From assembly GCA_963832025.1 (NCBI GenBank), contig CAWHSF010000003.1, forward strand, positions 143,665 to 207,664: DNA of 64,000 bases, in the 5' to 3' direction. Position 1 is the stretch's first letter. Each line of letters opens with the position of its first letter. This DNA is from Candidatus Nomurabacteria bacterium (lineage in GTDB: Bacteria; Patescibacteriota; Minisyncoccia; Phycocordibacterales; UBA9973). The notes below the pieces were generated by a model. The model had not been told where the DNA came from. It made no database searches and saw only the letters and a program-made list of their open reading frames with translations. The position numbers and the translations under genes were made by a program. This document shows, in pieces, positions 56,588-64,000 of this stretch.

Positions 56588-59488
56588 ATGAGGGGGAATA
56601 AAAAAACAACAAAATTTATTTTATATTTCTTAATTATCTTAGTAATCATACCAACTGTCATATTTTCTGCACCTCAAAAAACATATGCGGATCCAGCCTG
56701 TAGTGAAATTGTTGCTGCGGTGGATGTAGAGTTGGCTGAAGTAAAAGCAGATGCATTAACAGTGGCAGTCTCAGCAGAGAATGGGTGTTCTTTTGACGCT
56801 GGTTGTGCTCAGTCAGCCAGAAATATTTATGATGCTGCTGTTTCAACAGCAACGATAGGGGCAAGTGACGAGAAGAAGTCTATCTTAGCGACATGTAAAG
56901 ACCCACCCGCATCTGGTTGGATAGCAAGAACTGCTGCGTGGATAAATAATGTTAATACGCACTTAATCGCAGTATATGATGGGCAAGATCTTGGAATCGA
57001 TCTTGCAAGGGTAGGTAAAGAAGTTCTGAGACAGGCCTTAATCGCTCTCGGGCATCAACTTTTATCTCAGATGACCCAAAGCACTGTAAACTGGATCAAT
57101 TCCGGTTTTCATGGCTCGCCACTTTTCGTGCAAAATCCGGACCAATTTTTTAGTAACATCGCAGAGTCTGAAGTAAAAAATATTATCAACGAAGTGGGCT
57201 ATGATCCGAGGCAACCTTTTGGTCAACAATATGCTTTAAATTTGATAAATCAGTATAAAGCTAGTTCTGCTAGAGATGAGCAATACAGCTTAAGCCAAGT
57301 TACCAATAATCCTACTCTTTTGAATAGTTATATGAATAATTTTAGTAGCGGTGGCTGGAATGCATTTTTATTAAATACTCAGTATCCGCAAAATAATTAT
57401 ATTGGGTATACCATGATGATGAATCAAAACCTGGCTGCACAACTGGCAGGTAGTCCTGTTCAAAACACCATACAAAAAGCCACAACATTACTCAGCCAGG
57501 GTAATGGATTTTTGTCTCCGACAATGTGTCCAGCAAGTATAAATCCGAATTACAATACTGTTACGAATGAATTCAATCCTCCAGTCTTTAATGCCTCTGC
57601 AGCAAACGAAAAGGATTATAGCAACATACCTGATTGTATCCCTGCTTGTTCCAACCAAGCAGCAATAGACAATGAGCAGAAAAATGGTCTTATAGTAGAA
57701 CAATGTATTCAGGAGTTTGGAGTGTGTTCTAACCAAGCAGCCATAGATGCAGCTAATGCTGCTGGTGATACTGCATATGCTGCCGACCAAGCTGCTTTCA
57801 ACAAAACAAGTGCTTGTATCAATCCTGCAACTGGTAAAAGCGCTTTAGTTGCTACAACTCCTGGTGCAGTGGTTGGTAATCAAATAATGACAGCTCTGAA
57901 TTTAAAAACTGGGGTAGCCGGTTTGGATGCAGCTTTAGGAAATAGCATGTCGGCAATTCTAAATACATTGATGAATCATTTCTTGAGCGAGGGTTTGAGC
58001 GGACTTTCTACTGCAGTTCAATCTGAACCTCCGCTAGACAACTGGAGTTACAACGGGCAAAGTCTGGACGGCACAAATACTTTAGGAGCTTTAAATATCC
58101 CGACAAATGTTTCTTTGAATGCTGGAGACACGACAAGTACCGCTATTTCTGGAGGCACTGCGCCGTATAGTGTAGAAACACAATCTGCTGCTAGTTTGCA
58201 AATAGCCACAGCCACAATTTCTGGTAGCACTCTTAGCGTCACTGGAATCTCACAAGGGACGACTTCGATCACAGTGCAAGATTCTACTTCAGCAAACCAA
58301 GTCACGACTCCGGTTCCGATAGCGCAAGTAAGCACGATCACTATAGGGGGCGCCATCGGCACAGCGGGAACACTGAGCGCCACTATCAACAGCGTAGTGA
58401 CGAGTGTGTTAGTAACTTCAAATGACACTCCTATTACTGCAACTACCAGCTTGGCAAACGCCATTAATGCAAATAGTAAGATCAATGCTACCGTCATTGC
58501 GGCAAACAACACTCCCGGCACAATCACCATAACTTCAAAAGTTGCCGGCACAGCTGGAGTATTTTCTCTAACGTCTGCAAACACTACCACGTTGCTCACT
58601 GCGACTTCTGCTATCACCACTCCAGCTTCAGACGGACAAACCAACCAAAATCAAACTGCCATCGTCACGATAACGGTCGGAACAAATGGAAACATACTTC
58701 TAAATTTCAACAACCTTGCAAGCAATCCAAAAAATATTTCTGCCAGTGTCGGAAATTCAATGAACTTGACTCTCTCTGGTGGCACACAACCTTACAATGT
58801 ACAAACTGAACCAGACTCCACTATCGCGCTAGCTCTCATAAATAACAACACTCTCACTGTCGTCGGAGTAGGCCCTGGAATCACTTCGCTCTCGCTTCAA
58901 GATTCAAATGGAATCACAATAAATCTAGGCGTTACAGTGGGGAACGAAACGCCACTCGTCGCTTCACCTAGTTCTGTCTCTACAAATGTTTCCGGTACTA
59001 GTACTGCAACTATATCAGGAGGCACGCCACCTTACAACATAACCACAAATTCTTCCGACATAGCATCAGTAAGTGTTTCTGGTAACACCATCACGACTAC
59101 AGGTTCTGTAGAAGGAAATACTTCAGTAACAATCCAAGATTCTTATTCGCCAGCAGAAAGTATTACTGTGCCAATAAATATCGGCGCTACTACTGTTACA
59201 CTAAATAATACCAACGGCATATCTCCACAAAGTGTAACAATAAATACTGGTGGTTCAACAAATATAACAATGTCTTCAGTGATGTCTAACGGTACAGCAC
59301 CATATAGTATACAAACACCACCAAACAGTTCAGTGGCAAATGCTAGTATTTCAAATGGTGTTCTCACAATCACCGGCGTTGGAGCAGGGGCTACTACAGT
59401 AGTAGTCCAAGATTCTTCAACTCCCGCGCAAACAACCACTTTCAACATCACCATCACACAACCAGCCGGAGTAAATACGACGTTTTAG
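56588..59488 (+). CDS. large secreted protein with four Ig-like (Big-type) repeats
   Basis: Signal/TM at the N-terminus. Repeats of the type SGGTxPYxxxTxxxSxAxxxISGNTLTxTGxxxGxTxxxxQDSxxP occur four times. Confidence 0.65.
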   Translation: MRGNKKTTKFILYFLIILVIIPTVIFSAPQKTYADPACSEIVAAVDVELAEVKADALTVAVSAENGCSFDAGCAQSARNIYDAAVSTATIGASDEKKSILATCKDPPASGWIARTAAWINNVNTHLIAVYDGQDLGIDLARVGKEVLRQALIALGHQLLSQMTQSTVNWINSGFHGSPLFVQNPDQFFSNIAESEVKNIINEVGYDPRQPFGQQYALNLINQYKASSARDEQYSLSQVTNNPTLLNSYMNNFSSGGWNAFLLNTQYPQNNYIGYTMMMNQNLAAQLAGSPVQNTIQKATTLLSQGNGFLSPTMCPASINPNYNTVTNEFNPPVFNASAANEKDYSNIPDCIPACSNQAAIDNEQKNGLIVEQCIQEFGVCSNQAAIDAANAAGDTAYAADQAAFNKTSACINPATGKSALVATTPGAVVGNQIMTALNLKTGVAGLDAALGNSMSAILNTLMNHFLSEGLSGLSTAVQSEPPLDNWSYNGQSLDGTNTLGALNIPTNVSLNAGDTTSTAISGGTAPYSVETQSAASLQIATATISGSTLSVTGISQGTTSITVQDSTSANQVTTPVPIAQVSTITIGGAIGTAGTLSATINSVVTSVLVTSNDTPITATTSLANAINANSKINATVIAANNTPGTITITSKVAGTAGVFSLTSANTTTLLTATSAITTPASDGQTNQNQTAIVTITVGTNGNILLNFNNLASNPKNISASVGNSMNLTLSGGTQPYNVQTEPDSTIALALINNNTLTVVGVGPGITSLSLQDSNGITINLGVTVGNETPLVASPSSVSTNVSGTSTATISGGTPPYNITTNSSDIASVSVSGNTITTTGSVEGNTSVTIQDSYSPAESITVPINIGATTVTLNNTNGISPQSVTINTGGSTNITMSSVMSNGTAPYSIQTPPNSSVANASISNGVLTITGVGAGATTVVVQDSSTPAQTTTFNITITQPAGVNTTF

Positions 59489-59502
59489 TTTTACAAAAAT
59501 AA

Positions 59503-61965
59503 ATGAACACAAAAATAAAAAAAATAATTCCGTATTTCTTGACACTGATAATTTTAGTTGGAATTTTTGTTTTTGTGCCAACAAAGCAAGCGAAGGCAGA
59601 TAATCCAGGAGACAAGGGAACGTGTGTTTTAAATTGGTCATATAAATCTTGTACTGCCAAAAATGGCGCATCTACCTTACCACCAACTTCACCAGACAAC
59701 ATAAATGGACAATGTACCATGTCTGGATGGACGCGCAGTTCTTGTACTTCAAATTCTGCTCCTGCTGCGCCCAATTTCACCTTAACACAGTCATTAGTCA
59801 CAGGTTGTGTTAATCAAAGTGATGTTCTTGATCCCACAATAACAAGTAGCCCAAATTGCGTTTCCCCAAATGTCTGGGGACCAACTTATACAGATCCAGG
59901 AACGGCAGCAGCGCTTGCATCAAATACCCCACCACCTTCTGGGCAAACAGGGAATCAAGCAATTGATGGATATTTGCAAAAAAATACTTGCAATAATTTG
60001 TCGAATTTTTCTTTTTCAGGATGCATGGTGTTGGCTAGTTATTATTTATTTATTCCAATTCCAGCTTTACTGCTCACTGGCACTGCTTACTTTTTTAATT
60101 TCCTAGCGTCCATCACACTGTATAGCAATATATATTCTGGTTCCACTTTTATCCCCACAGCTTGGGGAGTGGTGCGAGACTTGTCTAATATTTTCTTTAT
60201 ACTCATTTTACTTTACATCTCCATTAGGTTGATTTTGGGAATAGACAGTCATGGGGTAAAACAAATGATAGGAAAAGTTGTAATTATTGCCCTCTTGATA
60301 AACTTTTCTATGTTTTTCACAGAAGTGATTATTGATTCTTCAAATATTTTGGCTTTGATTTTTTATAATAAAATGAGTGTGAGCACCACTGTGAACGGAG
60401 CGTCTACGCCGTATCAATCCGCAAACGGAGAAAAAGATATTGCTGGTGGAATGACAGCTGCTTTCAATCCTTTGTCATTATTAAAACCTGATTTTTTTTC
60501 ACCAATAACCGTGCCGGGACAGCCGCCGATACCAGGACAAACAGCATCACCATCAACAATAATGGGTATATTGATAATAGCAGGAGCACTGATGTGCTTT
60601 GCCGCCTATGCATTTTTTATCGCTGGTTTAAGCTTTGTCGGCCGCATGATTGAGCTTTTCATTTTAATTATATTTTCTCCTTTTGCTTTTATGTCCTCAA
60701 CTGTTCCTCTGTTAAATGGCATAGAAGACATAGGATGGAAAAGCTGGAGTCATAAATTGATAACATCGTCTTTCATGGCGCCAATTTTTATGTTCTTTAT
60801 GTATTTCATATTTCTTTTGATTCACGCAAATATGTTTAACACCTTATTGTCAAATACAAATCCAGGCTTCATGGTAAATTTGTTATATGTATTAATTCCC
60901 GCAATATTTATTTTAGTCCTACTCCTCAAAGCAACAAAATATGCCAAAAAGGGTTCTGGAGCATTCGGAGAATATGTGATGAAGGGCGCAAGTATGGTGG
61001 GTGGACTTGCCTTGGGGGCAGCGACGGGTGGTGCATCTGTTGTGGGCACAGCTACTTTAGGTAGAGCTGGTTCTGCCTTGGCAAACTCCGAGTGGGCAAA
61101 AACACACGGTGCAGTCGGAAGAGGATTGCAAAATGTTGGTAAGTTCGCTGGTTCTAGTAACTTTGACATTCGTGGTGTAAAAATTGGAGGAAAAACTCTC
61201 GCTTCGGCAACGGGTATGAATCTTGGTGAGGCAAAGAAGGGTGGATTCACCGAAAGAAGAAAGGAAGACGTAGAAAAAAGGAGAAAGAGGGCAGACGAAT
61301 TGAAGGTTGGAGAAGATGAAGAATTAACACAAACATTACACACACACGAAAACGCATTGCAAGATTTAAGAGCAGAAGGTTCACATGAAATTGAAGAAAT
61401 AGATAAGAGAATTGAGGGTGCAATTAAAGCAGATAAGGCAGCTCAATCTGCCCTAAATGCAGCACGGGGAACACCAGCTGAGGCAGCTGCACGAGCAGTA
61501 GCTTTAACAGCATCAAATAGGGTAAATGATTTAAGAGGACAAAGGGGTGCCATCAAAAACGCAACTGGTGATCAAGCAAACATGACAGATCTAAACACAA
61601 ATTTGACCAACAGGCAAAATTTCCTTCAATTAGCACAACAAGCTGGAAACCCAAGAGATATTGCCCAAGCTGAAGCTGACTTGCACAGCGCTCAAGTGGC
61701 ACTGAACGTAGCTGCAGTAGCTGCCCAAAATGGCAATAGGTCAATGAATAACTACGAAGATACTATTATTCCAGAAGCACACCACGCAATAGAAAATGAA
61801 AGCAGGAGAAGAAAAAGAATTTATGCCGATTCAGTAGAAGGTGGTGCTAGTAGAGTAAAAAACTTTATATTAAGTGGAGGACAATCTAGCCATAAAGGTT
61901 CAGTGGAGGCTGCGCATAAAATAAGAATGGAGGCAAAAATAGAAGAAAAGGGTAGTGGACATTAA
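59503..61965 (+). CDS. polytopic membrane protein, VirB6/TrbL-like topology, with a long charged C-terminal tail
   Basis: Signal plus Cys-rich ectodomain, at least 6 hydrophobic helices (aa about 180-480), Gly-rich segment, coiled-coil tail. Assignment by architecture and context only. Confidence 0.5.
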   Translation: MNTKIKKIIPYFLTLIILVGIFVFVPTKQAKADNPGDKGTCVLNWSYKSCTAKNGASTLPPTSPDNINGQCTMSGWTRSSCTSNSAPAAPNFTLTQSLVTGCVNQSDVLDPTITSSPNCVSPNVWGPTYTDPGTAAALASNTPPPSGQTGNQAIDGYLQKNTCNNLSNFSFSGCMVLASYYLFIPIPALLLTGTAYFFNFLASITLYSNIYSGSTFIPTAWGVVRDLSNIFFILILLYISIRLILGIDSHGVKQMIGKVVIIALLINFSMFFTEVIIDSSNILALIFYNKMSVSTTVNGASTPYQSANGEKDIAGGMTAAFNPLSLLKPDFFSPITVPGQPPIPGQTASPSTIMGILIIAGALMCFAAYAFFIAGLSFVGRMIELFILIIFSPFAFMSSTVPLLNGIEDIGWKSWSHKLITSSFMAPIFMFFMYFIFLLIHANMFNTLLSNTNPGFMVNLLYVLIPAIFILVLLLKATKYAKKGSGAFGEYVMKGASMVGGLALGAATGGASVVGTATLGRAGSALANSEWAKTHGAVGRGLQNVGKFAGSSNFDIRGVKIGGKTLASATGMNLGEAKKGGFTERRKEDVEKRRKRADELKVGEDEELTQTLHTHENALQDLRAEGSHEIEEIDKRIEGAIKADKAAQSALNAARGTPAEAAARAVALTASNRVNDLRGQRGAIKNATGDQANMTDLNTNLTNRQNFLQLAQQAGNPRDIAQAEADLHSAQVALNVAAVAAQNGNRSMNNYEDTIIPEAHHAIENESRRRKRIYADSVEGGASRVKNFILSGGQSSHKGSVEAAHKIRMEAKIEEKGSGH

Positions 61966-61977
61966 AATAAAAAATTT

Positions 61978-62478
61978 ATGACTGATAAATTAAAACAAAT
62001 AATTAAAGAAGAAACAGAGAAACTCCCAAAAGAAAACCAAGAAGCAATCAGCGCTTTGGATTGGGTAAAAATTGTGGAAGAGATAGGAAAAAAATATTCT
62101 TTGGAAGAAAACCAAATAAATGATTTAGAGACAGAAACACTTTTGGTTTTAGTCGGAATAAATGACCCACAATTTTTTGCAGTCAATGTTGAAAATCAAG
62201 TAGAAACTATCAAAGATTATGCCAAAAAAATTTCTGAGGAAATTACTAAGAAAATATTTATACCAGTCAATGAAGCTCTAGTAGAAAAAATTAAAAAAAG
62301 CGACAAGGTAAAAAAAGCAGGGGCAGAACAAAATCTTAATTTCATTTTATCAGGCGGGGATTATTCTGCTTTTCTAGATGAAAGTGATAATGCAAACATG
62401 CAAGAATCAACAGCCGAAGACGCAGTTGTTCCAGTTTTTTCTATCACGGAAGAAAATTTAAAAAAATCTAGTGTATAA
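61978..62478 (+). CDS. hypothetical protein, paralog of 62809..63456
   Basis: Shared N-domain: AISALDWVKIV...LETETLLVLVGINDP versus AINAVDWKDAI...LETETELVLCGLLNP. Confidence 0.55.
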   Translation: MTDKLKQIIKEETEKLPKENQEAISALDWVKIVEEIGKKYSLEENQINDLETETLLVLVGINDPQFFAVNVENQVETIKDYAKKISEEITKKIFIPVNEALVEKIKKSDKVKKAGAEQNLNFILSGGDYSAFLDESDNANMQESTAEDAVVPVFSITEENLKKSSV

Positions 62479-62794
62479 CCCCGTAGTAGAATTTTGATTT
62501 AATTATGTTCTATATATATTGTTTAGAAAGTTTAAAAAATAAAGAATTGTATATAGGTTTTACTAAAGACTTAAGAAAAAGATTGTTGGAACATAATCAG
62601 GGATTAAATTTTTCTACAAAAAGATATCTGCCGTGGAAAGTGATATACTATGAGGGATGTATTGAAGAAAGTGATGCGAAAAGAAGGGAAAAATATTTAA
62701 AAACGACACAAAGTGGAAGATTGTTAAAAAGAAGAATGAAAGATTATTTATATAAGAGTCGAAAAATTTAATTAATTAAAATTTCACTACAGGG
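62479..62794 (+). mobile_element. GIY-YIG gene cassette bounded by imperfect 17-bp inverted repeats
   Basis: ccccgtagtagaatttt (62479-62495) versus aaaatttcactacaggg (62778-62794), 14/17 complementary. Sits between two paralogous genes. Confidence 0.45.
62505..62771 (+). CDS. GIY-YIG nuclease-domain protein (UPF0213/YhbQ-like)
   Basis: FYIYCLES...ELYIGFTKDLRKRLLEHN. Confidence 0.8.
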   Translation: MFYIYCLESLKNKELYIGFTKDLRKRLLEHNQGLNFSTKRYLPWKVIYYEGCIEESDAKRREKYLKTTQSGRLLKRRMKDYLYKSRKI

Positions 62795-62808
62795 TATAAT
62801 AAAGGAAT

Positions 62809-63456
62809 ATGGAAGAGACAACTATAGACTTGTTACAAATAAAAATAGAAAAAGCAAAATCTCAACTTACAGATGAGACGTTGAATGCTATAAATGCCGT
62901 AGATTGGAAAGATGCCATTTTGAAAATGAGAACGAGCAAGGGTTACAGCTTTGAGCAATTGGGTGTCCTTGAGACAGAAACAGAATTAGTACTTTGTGGA
63001 CTTTTAAATCCCAGAGATTATTCCAAAGAACTAGAAAACAGAATGGGGATTTCAAAACAAGAAACGAATGAATTGGTGAACAAGATGAACGAACAAGTTT
63101 TTTCAAAAATTAAAGAAGAATTGATTAAATCTAGTGAAAGAAAGAGCACACCCCTGCCAACACAAATACCGTCAGCGATAGAAAAACCTGCAGAACAAAA
63201 AAACGATAACAACATACTAAGCAACGCTGGCATTGAAATACTACCAGAAGAAAATAATTTACCCGTTCCGGAAAAATTGGAAATTAATACTGCTCCAAAG
63301 ACAATAACTCAAACTCCTTCCATCTCGGCACAAAAATTGTCCGCCCCTGTGCAAACACCGGCAGTTCAGACAAATCATACTTTGGAAAATATTACAAAAA
63401 CCGTTCCCACTACCTATCCAAAAAATGGCGATCCGTATCGTTTGCCACCAGAGTAA
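62809..63456 (+). CDS. hypothetical protein, paralog of 61978..62478, with a Pro/Thr/Gln-rich tail
   Basis: See the paralog. TATAAT lies 8 nt upstream of the ATG. Confidence 0.55.
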   Translation: MEETTIDLLQIKIEKAKSQLTDETLNAINAVDWKDAILKMRTSKGYSFEQLGVLETETELVLCGLLNPRDYSKELENRMGISKQETNELVNKMNEQVFSKIKEELIKSSERKSTPLPTQIPSAIEKPAEQKNDNNILSNAGIEILPEENNLPVPEKLEINTAPKTITQTPSISAQKLSAPVQTPAVQTNHTLENITKTVPTTYPKNGDPYRLPPE

Positions 63457-63539
63457 AGAAAACAACACTTTAAAGTTATGAAAAACATAATTTTAAGGTT
63501 ATAATTAAATTGGCTTTTCTTGGTTTTAAGGCCGACCTT

Positions 63540-63975
63540 ATGCAATTTAAAGTTCCACAATTTTTAGACATAGAAGATAAAATTTTCGGACCCTTTACTT
63601 TTAGGGAATTTGTCTATTTAGCTGGCGCGGCTGGTCTGTGTTATGTATTTTACAAATGGTTCGGTTTGCTTCTCGGCATCGTGCCCATGCTCATCATGGC
63701 TGGCATTTGCATTGCTCTTAACTTTTTATCGCCCCAACAATAAGCCTTTGATTTTTATGCTGGAAGCGGGATTTAAATATTTCACCCAAAATAAGCTTTA
63801 CATTTGGAAAAAAGACAGTAAGAAAATTACTAATAATAAATCAAAAACTGCAAGTGAAGATAAAAATACAACAAAGCAGGAATATGGAAATAGGGTAAGC
63901 GGAAGCAAGCTACGAGATTTGGCTTGGAGTTTGGATGTTTTGGATTTAAGTAAAAATAAAAATAGTAATTCGTAA
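63540..63975 (+). CDS. PrgI-family (VirB3-like) small membrane protein, frameshifted at a T5 run
   Basis: MQFKVPQFLDIEDKIFGPFTFREFVYLAGAAGL is the typical PrgI N-terminus. It continues in another frame (...YRPNNKPLIFMLEAGFKYFTQNKLYIWKK) after 63723-63727. Confidence 0.6.
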
Positions 63976-63982
63976 AAATATT

Positions 63983-64000
63983 ATGGCTTTAAAAGCAAAA
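63983..64000 (+). CDS. start of the next gene (truncated by the window edge)
   Basis: ATG 8 nt after the previous stop (MALKAK...). By synteny a VirB4-type ATPase would be expected, but this cannot be seen. Confidence 0.3.

Noticed and set aside
1-64000. CRISPR arrays, rRNA genes, transposases, integrases of prophage type, toxin-antitoxin pairs
   Set aside because: No regularly spaced direct repeats with unique spacers and no recognisable motifs for these classes were found. The only recombinase is a XerC/D-type gene in a housekeeping context.

Overview
AT-rich chromosomal segment. Its gene content suggests a small-genome Patescibacteria/CPR-like bacterium; this is an inference from protein motifs and gene order, since no rRNA is present. 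Standard genetic code.

Gene content along the window:
- Type IV pilus ATPase and platform genes (pilB, pilC), preceded by a giant repeat-rich surface protein.
- nusA, a membrane pyrophosphatase and trigger factor.
- A complete de novo pyrimidine block on the minus strand: pyrD-pyrE-pyrF-pyrC-carA-carB-pyrB.
- clpP, then a 1-kb GC-rich single-gene island, then a membrane-anchored Clp/Hsp100-type ATPase.
- rny, hup, and a lexA operon with a textbook SOS box.
- NUDIX, comM/yifB, a dksA-like gene and metK.
- rpsO-NYN-pnp, a xerC/D-type recombinase and xth.
- A TMEM175-like channel and a TrmB-type regulator.
- A Cys-rich zinc-ribbon protein.
- cca next to four tRNA genes, then yraN.
- A LysM/M23 peptidase.
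- Three unknown genes, one carrying an orphan FtsK-gamma domain.
- pcrA/uvrD and ksgA.
- A type-IV-secretion-like cluster: VirB6/TrbL-like and PrgI-like proteins, large secreted proteins, and a GIY-YIG cassette.

Most unusual observations:
1. Three families of short palindromic, MITE-like elements occur in intergenic DNA. They also occur as frame-preserving insertions inside housekeeping genes (carB, ksgA, cca, pcrA, tig, comM). This resembles Rickettsia palindromic elements.
2. About 13 frameshifts and one in-frame stop interrupt otherwise well-conserved genes, mostly at homopolymers. Three genes carry shifts that restore the flanking frame. Sequencing error is the leading explanation, so no pseudogene call here is safe.
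3. Many genes have a -10 box 6-8 nt upstream of the ATG and no Shine-Dalgarno sequence, which suggests leaderless mRNAs.

No CRISPR array, rRNA, transposase or reverse transcriptase was seen.
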